DNA of 64,000 bases from Candidatus Nomurabacteria bacterium RIFCSPHIGHO2_01_FULL_41_71 (GTDB taxonomy: Bacteria > Patescibacteriota > Minisyncoccia > Phycocordibacterales > UBA9973): NCBI GenBank assembly GCA_001785355.1, contig MFTQ01000004.1:3612-67611 (forward strand). The letters run 5' to 3'. Shown in pieces: positions 38,962-49,513 of this stretch. Numbering within the stretch: the stretch's first letter is position 1; every line of letters starts with the position of its first letter. The position numbers and the translations under genes are program-made. The notes beneath the pieces are model-generated. The model did not search any database. It was not told the origin of the DNA and worked only from the letters and a program-made list of their open reading frames with translations.

Positions 38962-40011
38962 ATGCATCAACTTGCGCTATATCGCAAATACAGGCCGAAG
39001 AATTTCGACGATGTTCTGGGCCAAGATCATATCGTGAAAGTTCTGGAGAATGCGATAGAAACCAAAAAAGTTTCTCATGCTTATCTGTTCGTGGGTTCTC
39101 GCGGTACGGGTAAGACTTCCGTCGCCCGGATATTCGCGGGAAAAATAGGAGTCTCCGCCAATGATCTCTATGAGATAGATGCCGCCTCAAATCGCGGAAT
39201 TGAAGATATAAAAGAGCTTCGCGACGGGGTGCGAGTTCTCCCATTTGACTCTAAATATAAAGTTTACATTATCGACGAAGTGCATATGCTCTCTAAGGAT
39301 GCCTGGGGCGCTTTACTCAAGACTCTGGAGGAACCCCCAAAACATGTAATTTTCATTCTGGCTACTACCGAGCTGGAGAAAGTGCCGGAAACCATAGTTT
39401 CCCGTTGCCAAGTTTTTACTTTCAAAAAGGCGACTGGCGCTATTTGCCGGAAAATGCTGATTGATATCGGAAAGAAAGAGGGCTTCGAACTTGATGCCGG
39501 AAGCGCGGAATTAGTGGCAATACTGGGAGACGGATCTTTTCGGGACGCGCTCGGGGCCCTTCAGAAGATTCTGAATTTTTCAAAGGGAAATAAAATTAAA
39601 AAAGAAGATGCGGAGAAAATTACCGGCGCCCCAAAAACAACTTTGATAAATAATTTTTTGTCCGCCATTGCTGAAAAAAATTTGGAAAAAGGGATATCAG
39701 TCGTGCGTCAAGCTTCTATGGAAAATTTGGATATGAAATTATATCTTAAACTTATTATCCAAAAATTTCGCTTGGCTATAATTTTGCGATATGCACCAGA
39801 AATTGAAAGTGAAATGAAAGCGGACGTAAATGAATCCGATTTGGAATTTTTGAAAGAACTGATAAAAATAGACAAAGAAAGTATGATCCGCTCCCCGGCG
39901 CTCTCCATACTGCTTGAAGAATATCAGAATATCGATGACGCTTTTATCGCCGAACTCCCGCTCGAACTTGCGTTAGTGAGAATTTTGGAACAAAAAGGAA
40001 ATAAAACATAA
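38962..40011 (+). CDS. dnaX: DNA polymerase III subunit gamma/tau
   Basis: LYRKYRP, GSRGTGKTS, EIDAASNRG, IIDEVHML, LLKTLEEPP, SRC. Confidence 0.97.
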   Translation: MHQLALYRKYRPKNFDDVLGQDHIVKVLENAIETKKVSHAYLFVGSRGTGKTSVARIFAGKIGVSANDLYEIDAASNRGIEDIKELRDGVRVLPFDSKYKVYIIDEVHMLSKDAWGALLKTLEEPPKHVIFILATTELEKVPETIVSRCQVFTFKKATGAICRKMLIDIGKKEGFELDAGSAELVAILGDGSFRDALGALQKILNFSKGNKIKKEDAEKITGAPKTTLINNFLSAIAEKNLEKGISVVRQASMENLDMKLYLKLIIQKFRLAIILRYAPEIESEMKADVNESDLEFLKELIKIDKESMIRSPALSILLEEYQNIDDAFIAELPLELALVRILEQKGNKT

Positions 40012-40097
40012 CATTGCATATTTTTATGCATATATATATATACTCCGATTTGAATGTAGATTCCGTGGCCCCAAAGAAGGCCACAAGGGGGATATAT

Positions 40098-40625
40098 ATG
40101 GATGAATTTTTTTCGCTTTTCGGCGTAGATTCAAACCAGGCTCTGCAGTTTTTTGAGGAATATCTCAAAGACGAGCTTGGTTCTGAATCAGGTTTAGTGG
40201 GTGTGGAAGAGAGGCTGTATGTTGCCTCTTTTTTTGCCCACTACACTCAGACGCCACGTGACGAGATGGACTCGTCCGTGGCGCCGTCGGGGAGTCCTCG
40301 AGAGCTCCTCGATAATTTTGTGCTCCCGGAGCTCACGGCCGAGGGAGCAAGGAGGGTCGGCAACCCCGGGACTTTGGAAGTCGCCGGGGCCCAGACCTTG
40401 GTGGTGGTTAGCTTTTTTAGTGACCACCTGGAAAAAAAAGCCAACCCGAGGTTTTATGAGAGCCTCGGGCAATCTTTTTTTAGTCGGGCTAGTTTAGCCA
40501 CGCCGAGCAGGAAGAAAGCTCTCCTGCTCTGGCAGGTGGCCCGGCATTTTCCCCTCTGGGCCAATACCGGCCGGAGGGTAAGCAGACGGCTCCGCGACGA
40601 GCCGTATTTGCTTAAAATTCCGTAG
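40098..40625 (+). CDS. Hypothetical protein, GC-rich orphan
   Basis: GGGGG SD before ATG 40098; GC-rich body; strong hairpin after stop. Confidence 0.75.
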   Translation: MDEFFSLFGVDSNQALQFFEEYLKDELGSESGLVGVEERLYVASFFAHYTQTPRDEMDSSVAPSGSPRELLDNFVLPELTAEGARRVGNPGTLEVAGAQTLVVVSFFSDHLEKKANPRFYESLGQSFFSRASLATPSRKKALLLWQVARHFPLWANTGRRVSRRLRDEPYLLKIP

Positions 40626-40632
40626 GGTCGCA

Positions 40633-40664
40633 GAGCCACGGTCCCGCACGCGGGACCGTGGCTC
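40633..40664. terminator. GC-rich 15-bp-arm hairpin between convergent genes
   Basis: GAGCCACGGTCCCGC-AC-GCGGGACCGTGGCTC. Confidence 0.7.
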
Positions 40665-41037
40665 AAAATTTTTTTGAGACTCCTGTTAAAATTTTCTTCA
40701 TATTGGGCTTAAAATAATTCTTGCCTTTTAACATTTTGTATTTACTATAATCTTTACTCATATGGGAAAGATGTACTTCTTTGAAAATTTCGTCTATGTC
40801 GTCTTGTAATCCATGTTCTAAAATTGTTCCGTATACTCCGTATAGTATATCAACTAATTCTTTTGCAATATTTTTCAAATCGCCATTTTTGGCCCCAAGC
40901 AGGTATTCCTCCACTTCTTCTTTCATTAACTCGTATCTAAGGTCTGACCTATTTTTTGGAATCAATGATGGTTTTTTGAGGACAGGGACTTTAAATTTTT
41001 TATGAAATTCTTTAACTAAATCTATTCTTTTAGTCAT
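40663..41037 (-). CDS. MazG-like/PRA-PH NTP pyrophosphohydrolase
   Basis: VKEFH, EEVEEY..KELVDILY, EVHLSHMSK. Confidence 0.85.
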   Translation of the reverse strand: MTKRIDLVKEFHKKFKVPVLKKPSLIPKNRSDLRYELMKEEVEEYLLGAKNGDLKNIAKELVDILYGVYGTILEHGLQDDIDEIFKEVHLSHMSKDYSKYKMLKGKNYFKPNMKKILTGVSKKF

Positions 41038-41038
41038 T

Positions 41039-41629
41039 TTATTTTTCTACTGGTTTCAATAACTTTTTTAATTCTTCTATTTTTTTGGGTTGTAGTTTCG
41101 CTTCCAAAATCTTTATTTTTAACTCGTCTCCAAATTTATCATCATTTACAGCAAGGTCAATGAACTCATCAAAAGTTATAAATTTTAATTCAATCTTTTC
41201 TGCACCATCTAAATTCTGTTCTGCAATTTTTTTACATCCCTTAGCAATGAAAGTGTAAATAGCCCATTCAATTTTACTTACAGGCTGGATTGCATCAAAT
41301 AAAATCCATTCTTTTGCTTCATATCCTGTTTCTTCTAAAAGCTCTCGTTTGGCGGCTTGTAAAATATCTTCTCCCTCATCAACTCTTCCCCCGACCGTGC
41401 CTATGAATGGCGGTTTATGGGGTTGTTCTTGTAGGGCAACGATAATTTTGCCATTTTCTGTAACAGGAATAATCATTGTAGTATCGGGACGCTTTAATTT
41501 TTCAAAAATTTTTTTACTACCGTCATATCCTTCTACTTCCCATTGATATGTATCAAACATAATGCCCTTAAAAACAAGTTTTGCATTTTCTGGTAATGGT
41601 TGTTTAGATTTTGGGCGTTCTATTTTCAT
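41039..41629 (-). CDS. NUDIX hydrolase
   Basis: Nudix box GGRVDEGEDILQAAKRELLEETGY. Confidence 0.93.
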   Translation of the reverse strand: MKIERPKSKQPLPENAKLVFKGIMFDTYQWEVEGYDGSKKIFEKLKRPDTTMIIPVTENGKIIVALQEQPHKPPFIGTVGGRVDEGEDILQAAKRELLEETGYEAKEWILFDAIQPVSKIEWAIYTFIAKGCKKIAEQNLDGAEKIELKFITFDEFIDLAVNDDKFGDELKIKILEAKLQPKKIEELKKLLKPVEK

Positions 41630-41654
41630 GTTTATAAATTTTTTACTTTCTTTG

Positions 41655-41725
41655 CTGGGAGACTTGGAATCGAACCAAGATTCACGGCTTCAAAGGCCGC
41701 TGTCCTACCGTTAGACGATCTCCCA
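41655..41725 (-). tRNA. tRNA-Gln(TTG)
   Basis: TGGGAGA/TCTCCCA acceptor, GCGGC-CTTTGAA-GCCGT, GGTTCGATTCC. Confidence 0.96.
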
Positions 41726-41863
41726 ATGTCTCAAGAAAGATTATCATATTTTTAATAATTTTGGTATTTTTATTTGTAAGTCATGCTATAATGATTTCAT
41801 GCTGGAGAGTGAACTTAGAACGCGCATGCGGTCTTGTGACTTAATTAAGACATATTGTAGAAT

Positions 41864-43018
41864 ATGAATATGAAAAATTTATATAAAATATTACTGGCTG
41901 GAACGATGGCTTTAATCGCGATTCCGATGTTTGCTTTAGCGGCGGAATTTAAAGCGGGGGAGCAAGTTTCGCTTTCTTCCGAAACGCGCATAGAAGGTGA
42001 TTTATATATGGCTGGAGGGAATACAACCAGCGCCGGAGATGTCCGGGGCGATCTTTTTGTCGTCGGCGGATCAGTCTTGATTTCCGGACCGGTGGCTGGA
42101 GATGTGGCGACGGGAGGAGGCAATGTCACCATACTCGGCGATATTGCGGATGATCTCCGCGCTGGAGGCGGAACTATTGTCGTGCAAGGCCGAGTGCGGG
42201 GAGATGTTCTGATAGGTGGGGGGCAAATTAATCTTTTAGGTAAGCTAATAAGCGGGGATGCGGTGGTTGCGGGAGGTATGGTTAGAGTTGATTCAATAAT
42301 CGGAGGAGATCTAAAATTTATCGGCGGAGAAATATATTTGAATTCCTCGGTAGCTAAAAATGTAAATATTAAAGCTGACAAGGTAACCCTCGGCCCCAAG
42401 GCCGATATTGGAGGAGATTTCACTTATGAAGCAAAAGAGCTGGCTGTAATGGAAAAAGGAGCCGTTGTTCGAGGAGAAACAAATTTTAAAGAAAAAAACG
42501 TTAAGGACACAACTGAGGGTCAATTCCAAGCCAGACTTGTCGCTTTATTTACATTTTGGTTTATCGCTAAATTCCTGATGTTTTTAATCGCAGGACTTCT
42601 TCTTGGATTGATTTTCCGTCGATACAGCCGGGAATTGGTGGAGAAAGCCACGGCAAACCCCCTTCGTGAATTTGGTCGCGGAGTGATCGCTTTCATTGTC
42701 CTACCTGTTTTATCTTTAATTCTTCTTGCTACTGTGGTGGGTATTCCATTAGGAATTCTTGGAATTATATCTTTTCTGGCCTTAACTATCTTTGCCGTTA
42801 TCACCACACCCATATTCTTGGGATCAGTTATTTATAAATGGGTATCAAAAAATACGCACCATGAAATAAATTGGAAAACGATTCTTTTCGGCATTGTCGT
42901 GTATTTCATGCTTGGTTTTATTCCTATCCTCGGATGGATCGCCATATTTATTTCTATGATGATCACAATTGGCTCCGCGCTTAGTATTAAGTGGACCATT
43001 GTAAAAGAATGGAGATAA
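41864..43018 (+). CDS. Membrane protein with bactofilin-like beta-helical repeats
   Basis: Signal peptide, repeated GD...GG.V.I.G units, C-terminal multi-TM. Confidence 0.8.
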   Translation: MNMKNLYKILLAGTMALIAIPMFALAAEFKAGEQVSLSSETRIEGDLYMAGGNTTSAGDVRGDLFVVGGSVLISGPVAGDVATGGGNVTILGDIADDLRAGGGTIVVQGRVRGDVLIGGGQINLLGKLISGDAVVAGGMVRVDSIIGGDLKFIGGEIYLNSSVAKNVNIKADKVTLGPKADIGGDFTYEAKELAVMEKGAVVRGETNFKEKNVKDTTEGQFQARLVALFTFWFIAKFLMFLIAGLLLGLIFRRYSRELVEKATANPLREFGRGVIAFIVLPVLSLILLATVVGIPLGILGIISFLALTIFAVITTPIFLGSVIYKWVSKNTHHEINWKTILFGIVVYFMLGFIPILGWIAIFISMMITIGSALSIKWTIVKEWR

Positions 43019-43039
43019 AATCCGGAATTGATAAATTAT

Positions 43040-44608
43040 ATGATCGATAATTTGAAAAATCTTTGGATAAAATTAATTAAAAAAGTAAAAAATCAGCCAA
43101 AAAATAAAAAAATACTTTACGGATCAATCTTTTTGGTTCTGGTTTTTGCGAGTTATAAAATTTTCGCGAGAAACGACGGCGATGGCATAACCACAGAAAA
43201 AGTAATACGCGGAGATTTGGCGGAAACCGTCTTGGCGACAGGGCAAATAGTTTCTTCCGCGAATTTCGATCTGTCTTTTTATAAAAGCGGTACGGTCCGA
43301 AACGTTCGCGTTTCCGTGAGCGACAAGGTGAATGAAGGAGCAATATTGGCGACTCTTGATCAGGGTAAAGAACTTGCCGCTCTCACTTCCGCTCGAGGAG
43401 CGGAAGCCGCCGCCCGCGCAAAGTATCAGAAAATTTTAGACGGATCTTCTAGTGAAGAAATAATGCTCGCTGAAGTGGCGCTTTTAAACGCAAAAAATGA
43501 TTTTGAACGAGTTAAATCCCAGCAAGAAATTTTAACCCAAAATGCTTATAAAGATCTATTAAATTCTACTCCTGAAGCAAGGCCTACTTCTACTTCCAGT
43601 TCGGGGAACTATATTGCTCCCGTAATATCCGGTAATTATTCTAAAGATATAGAAGGCGATATTATTGTTTCCCTTTATCAGTCCGGCACTGGCCAGGCTT
43701 TTGGTTTAAGGGGATTAACGCAGGGCGAAGGTATAGTTGCTTCCATTACCGCTCAACCTTTGGGAGATTCCGGATTATATATCAGCTTCTCCGGAGTGGA
43801 TGTAAATAACGTAAAAGAATGGACTATCTCAATTCCGAATAAAAAAGCATCTGATTATCAAACAAACTGGAACGCGTACCAAGAAGCTTTAGAAACAAAA
43901 AATTTAGCTATAGGGAACGCTGAAGCGTTGATAAACCAAAGAAAAGCTGAATTATCCATTAAACAATCTTCAGCCACACCCGCCGATTTGGCGTTGGCAG
44001 AAGCCGATATTTTATCGGCAAGAGGACAATTGGAGAATGCCAGGGCTGATTTTGAATATACTATTATTCGAGCTCCGGTTGCGGGAACCATTACCAGAGT
44101 GGATATAAAACCGGGCGAACTGGCGCAATCCTCTAAAGCGGTAATTGCCCTGGAGGATGTGGATAATTTATTCATTGAAGTTCCTATTAACGAATCCGAT
44201 ATAACTTATCTGAAAGTCGGCCAAAACGCCGATATAACCTTTGACGCTTTTGGGGAAAGTCGAAAATTCACGGGAGTAGTCGCTCATATCGATCCGAGTG
44301 CCGTTACTGAAGACGGAATAGTAAATTATAAGATAAAAGTTTACTTGGGCGACCAGAACCCCGATATCCGCATAGGAATGAATACCAATGTTAAAATCCT
44401 GGCCGGAGAAGTAAAAAATGCGCTGATCATTCCGTTCGTGGCTATTTTTGAGCGAGAAGGAAAGTCATTCGCGCAAGTGTTTTCCGAAAGCGGAAAATTT
44501 GAAGAACGGGAAATAATAACCGGTTTTCGGGGAGAAAATAATATGGTAGAAATAATATCCGGACTTAGCCTGGGAGAGGAAGTAGCGCTTGAAAAAAATC
44601 CAAAATAA
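43040..44608 (+). CDS. HlyD/MacA-type membrane fusion adaptor
   Basis: V.ATG, lipoyl half-motifs, IRAPVAGTI, INESDI..LKVGQ, GMNTNV, VEIISGL. Confidence 0.9.
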   Translation: MIDNLKNLWIKLIKKVKNQPKNKKILYGSIFLVLVFASYKIFARNDGDGITTEKVIRGDLAETVLATGQIVSSANFDLSFYKSGTVRNVRVSVSDKVNEGAILATLDQGKELAALTSARGAEAAARAKYQKILDGSSSEEIMLAEVALLNAKNDFERVKSQQEILTQNAYKDLLNSTPEARPTSTSSSGNYIAPVISGNYSKDIEGDIIVSLYQSGTGQAFGLRGLTQGEGIVASITAQPLGDSGLYISFSGVDVNNVKEWTISIPNKKASDYQTNWNAYQEALETKNLAIGNAEALINQRKAELSIKQSSATPADLALAEADILSARGQLENARADFEYTIIRAPVAGTITRVDIKPGELAQSSKAVIALEDVDNLFIEVPINESDITYLKVGQNADITFDAFGESRKFTGVVAHIDPSAVTEDGIVNYKIKVYLGDQNPDIRIGMNTNVKILAGEVKNALIIPFVAIFEREGKSFAQVFSESGKFEEREIITGFRGENNMVEIISGLSLGEEVALEKNPK

Positions 44609-44610
44609 AA

Positions 44611-45888
44611 ATGGACAGAAAGGAAAAAACAGAGAATTCTTTTTCGCAGAATTTAAAAGTGGGCTGGTTTTTGGCCTCGCGCGATCTTCGACATGCCAAC
44701 ATATGGACTACCACCCTTATCGTCTTCGTAATGACACTTACATTTCTGAATCTGATCATCGTATCCGGGATTTTAATCGGTCTTATTCAGGGATCGGAAG
44801 ATGCCCAAAAAAAATACGCCATCGGAGATATCGTCATTTCGCCTTTCTTGAATCGCTCCGTCATCGAACAGACTCCGAAAATTTCCGAAATAATAAAAAC
44901 CGTTCCCGGTTATAAAAATCATACAATTAGATTTACCGGTGCAGCTCGAGTCGAATCAAACTACAGGGACACCATCAGACCCGGAGATAAGCGCGATGGC
45001 GTGGGCGCCGCGCTTTTGGGTATTTCTCCGGCGGGAGAAGAAAAATTTTCCGGTATTTCCAAATTCATAATACGGGGAAATTATCTGGAAGAAACCGATC
45101 AAGACAGCGTGCTTATAGGCAAAAATCTTCTTTACGAATTTACACCCATTGAAGCTCCCGGTTTTCAAACCTTAAAAAACATAGAAGTGGGCCAGAGGGT
45201 GAAAGTCAAAGCCGATAATATTTCGAAAGAATATTTCATTAAAGGAATAGTATCCAGCAAGGTTGATGAATTCGATACTTCCGTAATAGCGCTCGACAGC
45301 GAAGTAAGAAAACTAACCGGTCGATCTGATCTAAACGCGGGAACTATAGCCATTCAACTCTTGCCCGGATCCGATCCAATATTGGCCAGAAATTTTTTGC
45401 TTCGAAACGGGGTTGGTTCTTATGCCCGGGTGCAAACAGCCGAAGAAGCTTTCCCGAAATTTTTAAAAGATATTAAGGCCACTTTCGGTATTTTAGGATC
45501 CGCAATTTCCGGTATTGGATTAGTAGTGGCTTCGATTACTATTTTTATTGTGATTTTTGTAAATGCCATCACCAGACGCAGATACATAGGCATCCTGAAA
45601 GGTATAGGAATAAATCAAAAAGCCATATTATTTTCCTACATATATCAAGCGTTCTTTTATGCCGCCTTGGGAATAATTCTTGGCATGATTTTAATTTTCT
45701 TTTTAATCAAGCCGTATTTTGCCGTCCACCCGATAAATTTCCCTTTCTCGGACGGAATATTGGTGGCTACGGTTCCTTCCGCCATGCTTCGAGCTTGGAT
45801 TTTACTCGCTACCACCATCATCGCTGGATACATACCGGCGCGAATCGTAATCCGCCAAAATACTCTAAATGCCATTTTAGGCAGATAA
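44611..45888 (+). CDS. FtsX/MacB-family ABC permease
   Basis: TM + extracytoplasmic domain + 3 TM; RRRYIGILKGIG; YIPA. Confidence 0.88.
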   Translation: MDRKEKTENSFSQNLKVGWFLASRDLRHANIWTTTLIVFVMTLTFLNLIIVSGILIGLIQGSEDAQKKYAIGDIVISPFLNRSVIEQTPKISEIIKTVPGYKNHTIRFTGAARVESNYRDTIRPGDKRDGVGAALLGISPAGEEKFSGISKFIIRGNYLEETDQDSVLIGKNLLYEFTPIEAPGFQTLKNIEVGQRVKVKADNISKEYFIKGIVSSKVDEFDTSVIALDSEVRKLTGRSDLNAGTIAIQLLPGSDPILARNFLLRNGVGSYARVQTAEEAFPKFLKDIKATFGILGSAISGIGLVVASITIFIVIFVNAITRRRYIGILKGIGINQKAILFSYIYQAFFYAALGIILGMILIFFLIKPYFAVHPINFPFSDGILVATVPSAMLRAWILLATTIIAGYIPARIVIRQNTLNAILGR

Positions 45889-45894
45889 AATTAT

Positions 45895-46572
45895 ATGCTT
45901 GAAATAAGAAATCTGACTAAAAAATTCAAAAGCGGAGACGAGACCATCGTAGCGGTCAATGACCTTTCTTTTTCGGTTCCAGCCGGGCAATTTCTTACTA
46001 TCACCGGCAAATCAGGTTCGGGTAAATCCACCCTGCTTTACCAGCTCGGCCTTTTGGATATGCCGACAGCGGGAGAAGTTATTATAAACGGACAAAATTT
46101 AGTGTCGCTTCCGGAAGAAGAACGCACAAAAATCAGATTAAACGACCTCGGATATATTTTTCAAGATTACGCCATTCTTCCGTCACTGACTGCTCTCGAA
46201 AATACGATGCTTCCCTTGCTTATGCAAGGGTATAATTTTAAGGGAGCGGAGCGGCAAGCGAAGAAAGCCCTTGCCAAAGTGGGGCTTACCGATCGGGAAA
46301 ACAATTTACCCGGCGAGCTTTCAGGCGGACAGCAACAGCGCGTATCAATAGCGCGCGCTATTGCTCATGACCCAAAAATAATTTTTGCCGATGAACCGAC
46401 AGCTAATCTTGATACCGAAACTTCCGGACAAGTCATGCAAGCGTTCCTCGAACTCAATAAAGAAGGACAAACTATCATTATGGTAACGCACGAAGCCCAA
46501 TACGCAAATCTTTCAGACCGGACTATTCTGCTTGTCGATGGACATATCGTAAGCGACACTATGAATAAATAA
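45895..46572 (+). CDS. LolD/MacB-type ABC ATP-binding protein
   Basis: GKSGSGKST, LSGGQQQRVSIARA, ADEPTANLD, VTH. Confidence 0.95.
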   Translation: MLEIRNLTKKFKSGDETIVAVNDLSFSVPAGQFLTITGKSGSGKSTLLYQLGLLDMPTAGEVIINGQNLVSLPEEERTKIRLNDLGYIFQDYAILPSLTALENTMLPLLMQGYNFKGAERQAKKALAKVGLTDRENNLPGELSGGQQQRVSIARAIAHDPKIIFADEPTANLDTETSGQVMQAFLELNKEGQTIIMVTHEAQYANLSDRTILLVDGHIVSDTMNK

Positions 46573-46621
46573 ATTAAATTCCAAATTGACTAAATTCTTT
46601 TTCTAAGTATAATTACAGATA

Positions 46622-48106
46622 ATGAATGAAAGATCCTCAAAATTTGCCCGATCGAAAAATCTGGGAGTGGGACTGACTTTTGATGATGTGCTTTTAGTGC
46701 CCGGCTATAGTGAGGTCTTGCCGAAAGAAGTGGAAACTAAAACCCTTCTGACAAAAAATATTTCCCTACATATACCTTTGATATCTGCCGCCATGGATAC
46801 GGTAACCGAAAGCGCGATGGCGATAGCTATTGCCGAAGAAGGAGGCATAGGTATCATTCATAAAAATCTCTCCTTGGCGGATCAGGCGAAGGAAGTGGAG
46901 AAAGTCAAACGCTATGAATCTGGACGCATTCTAAATCCTGTTACTCTTTTTGTCGGAGCAACGGTCGGAGACGCTTTTACCATACAGAAAAAATCCGGTT
47001 TCGGAGGATTTCCGGTCTTGGATAAAAAGGGTCTGCTGGTGGGTATTGTTACCAACCGCGACCTGCGTTTCCAAAAAAATGAATCTGCACCCATCGAGAA
47101 GATAATGACCACCAAATTAATTACCGGCGGACCCGACACTACCATAGAAGAAGCCAATAAGATTTTTAATAAATATGCCATAGAAAAACTTCCACTTGTC
47201 GACAAAAAAGGAAAACTTGCCGGAATGATTACTTATCGGGATATTGCAAAATCAAAAGAACATCCGAATGCCACCAAAGATCGTTTCGGCAGACTGAGGG
47301 TGGGAGCGGCAGTCGGAGTCGGCAGGGATGTGCTTGCGCAAGTGGAAATTTTAACAAAGAGCGAAGTAGACATAATCTGTGTGGATACGGCTCACGGACA
47401 TTCCAAGGGTGTGCTTGATGCGGTAAAGAAAATACGCGAAGCATATCCTAAACTTGATATTATCGCCGGAAATGTGGCAACAGGGGAAGCGGCTAAAGAT
47501 TTAATAAAAGCCGGAGCCAGCGCCATTAAGGTCGGAATCGGCCCCGGATCCATATGCACCACTCGCGTGGTTTCAGGCGTAGGCGTGCCCCAGCTCTCCG
47601 CCATACTTTCCGTTTATGAGATATGCAGAAAATATAATATTCCGGTTATTGCTGACGGAGGTATCAAGCATTCAGGAGATGTTGTCAAGGCTCTCTCTTT
47701 TGGGGCGGATGTAGTGATGGCTGGAAGTTTATTCGCCGGGACAGATGAGTCTCCAGGGGATACCATAGTTATGAATGACCAAAAATTTAAAAAGTATCGC
47801 GGTATGGGGTCGCTTGGAGCCATGCAACGCGGAAGCAAGGATAGATATTTTCAGGATGATCAATACGATCCAGCCAAGCTAGTGCCGGAGGGAGTCTCCG
47901 GCCATGTAGCCTACAAGGGAGCTCTTTCGGAAGTAATCCATCAATATATCGGAGGACTTCGAGCAGGCATGGGATATTTGGGCGCAAAAAATATTCTTAA
48001 ATTACGGAAAAGTTCATATTACACTATTACTTCGTCCGGACTTTCTGAAAGCCATATTCATGACATATTCATGGTAAGCCCAGCTCCTAACTACAAGAGA
48101 CGGTAG
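46622..48106 (+). CDS. guaB: IMP dehydrogenase
   Basis: [22 protein letters not shown] pair, [18 protein letters not shown]. Confidence 0.98.
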   Translation: MNERSSKFARSKNLGVGLTFDDVLLVPGYSEVLPKEVETKTLLTKNISLHIPLISAAMDTVTESAMAIAIAEEGGIGIIHKNLSLADQAKEVEKVKRYESGRILNPVTLFVGATVGDAFTIQKKSGFGGFPVLDKKGLLVGIVTNRDLRFQKNESAPIEKIMTTKLITGGPDTTIEEANKIFNKYAIEKLPLVDKKGKLAGMITYRDIAKSKEHPNATKDRFGRLRVGAAVGVGRDVLAQVEILTKSEVDIICVDTAHGHSKGVLDAVKKIREAYPKLDIIAGNVATGEAAKDLIKAGASAIKVGIGPGSICTTRVVSGVGVPQLSAILSVYEICRKYNIPVIADGGIKHSGDVVKALSFGADVVMAGSLFAGTDESPGDTIVMNDQKFKKYRGMGSLGAMQRGSKDRYFQDDQYDPAKLVPEGVSGHVAYKGALSEVIHQYIGGLRAGMGYLGAKNILKLRKSSYYTITSSGLSESHIHDIFMVSPAPNYKRR

Positions 48107-48119
48107 TTTCTTAATAAGA

Positions 48120-49508
48120 ATGAAAAAAAAGAAAAGATCAAAAATTACTCCGGTAATAGGTCTCCAGTGGGGAGATGAGGGCAAGGGCAAAGGTGTGGCG
48201 AGGATTGCTTCCAAGCTTTCAAAAAATGATTTAATAGTGAGATTTCAGGGTGGAAATAATGCCGGGCATACCATATGGCACAAAGGCAAACCCTATGTCT
48301 TCAAACTGATTCCTTCCGGGGTTTTTGGCAAAGCTCAAATACATTTAGGCGCCGGTATGGTTATTAATCCCGGAGCTCTGCTTCAAGAAACTAAAACTAT
48401 ACCGAAAAATATCTCCTTTTTAAATCGTATTTCTATTTCGCCACATGCTGTGCTGACCTTACCCACGCACATCCTACTTGATTCCGTTTCGGAACAAAAA
48501 AAAGGAAAGAAAAAAATAGGCTCGACTGGTAAAGGAATCTCGCCTTCTTATACCGATTTGATCATGCGGAAAGCGCTGAGAGTGGGGGATATTTTTCATA
48601 ATGATTTTAAGCAAAAATATGATAAACTTTCTTTGGAACATAAAAAAATGCTGAGTAAAATTTTTCAATATAAAGTAAAAAATAAAGAATTAAAAGAAAA
48701 TGAAGAAAAATTCTGGCATGGTATAAAATTTTTACGCAAACTCTCCGTTATAAATTCGGCTAAATTAACAGAGAGAACTTTAAAAAACGGTCGAAAAATA
48801 ATCGCGGAAGGAGCGCAGGGGACGTTGCTGGATCTCCGTTTCGGCAACTATCCATTCGTCACATCATCGCACACCATCGCCTCCGGTATAGGCACGGGAC
48901 TCGGTCTTGCGCCGTCCTCGATTGGTGGGTCTATCGGTATCTTTAAAGCTTATACCACGAAGGTGGGCGAAGGACCTTTCCCGACAGAGCTTGGTGGATT
49001 AAAATCAGCCGTTTGGTGCCGAGACAAAAATTTTAGCCATGAAAAAGAAAAATTTTACAATCTCGACCCGAACAGTAAAAACGAATTCGAGCAGGGTATA
49101 GCGCTTCGAAGGCTCGGCTTTGAAATCGGAGCAGTTACCGGCCGGTTACGAAGAACAGGCTGGCTCGATATTCCGCTTCTTAAATACGCCATAAATATCA
49201 ATAATGCCACCAAGCTGGTACTGACCAAGCTCGATGTTCTTAATGGATTTAAAATAATAAAAGTTTGCACGGGTTATATTATTAACAATAAAAAAACTGC
49301 GGAAATCCCATTTGATCTTTCCCGAGAAAATATAAAATGCGTTTATAAATCTTTCCCTGTTTGGAAAGGCAAGCTGTCTGATTACGGCGGGAAATTGCCG
49401 AAAGAGGCCCTTCGCTATGTCAAATTTTTAGAAAAAACGCTCCGCGCAGAAATAATTTATGTCGGAACGGGGGCAGAAGAACATCATGTAGTGGAGCGTT
49501 ATTGGTGA
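48120..49508 (+). CDS. purA: Adenylosuccinate synthetase
   Basis: QWGDEGKGK, QGGNNAGHT, EGAQG.LLD..FGNYPFVTSS, TGRLRRTGWLD, TKLDVL. Confidence 0.97.
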   Translation: MKKKKRSKITPVIGLQWGDEGKGKGVARIASKLSKNDLIVRFQGGNNAGHTIWHKGKPYVFKLIPSGVFGKAQIHLGAGMVINPGALLQETKTIPKNISFLNRISISPHAVLTLPTHILLDSVSEQKKGKKKIGSTGKGISPSYTDLIMRKALRVGDIFHNDFKQKYDKLSLEHKKMLSKIFQYKVKNKELKENEEKFWHGIKFLRKLSVINSAKLTERTLKNGRKIIAEGAQGTLLDLRFGNYPFVTSSHTIASGIGTGLGLAPSSIGGSIGIFKAYTTKVGEGPFPTELGGLKSAVWCRDKNFSHEKEKFYNLDPNSKNEFEQGIALRRLGFEIGAVTGRLRRTGWLDIPLLKYAININNATKLVLTKLDVLNGFKIIKVCTGYIINNKKTAEIPFDLSRENIKCVYKSFPVWKGKLSDYGGKLPKEALRYVKFLEKTLRAEIIYVGTGAEEHHVVERYW

Positions 49509-49513
49509 TATTT

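Noticed and set aside
40014-40097. Upstream extension and (TA)n run before the 40098 orphan
   Set aside because: AT-rich promoter region; the SD supports ATG 40098, and the TA run is too short to claim phase variation.
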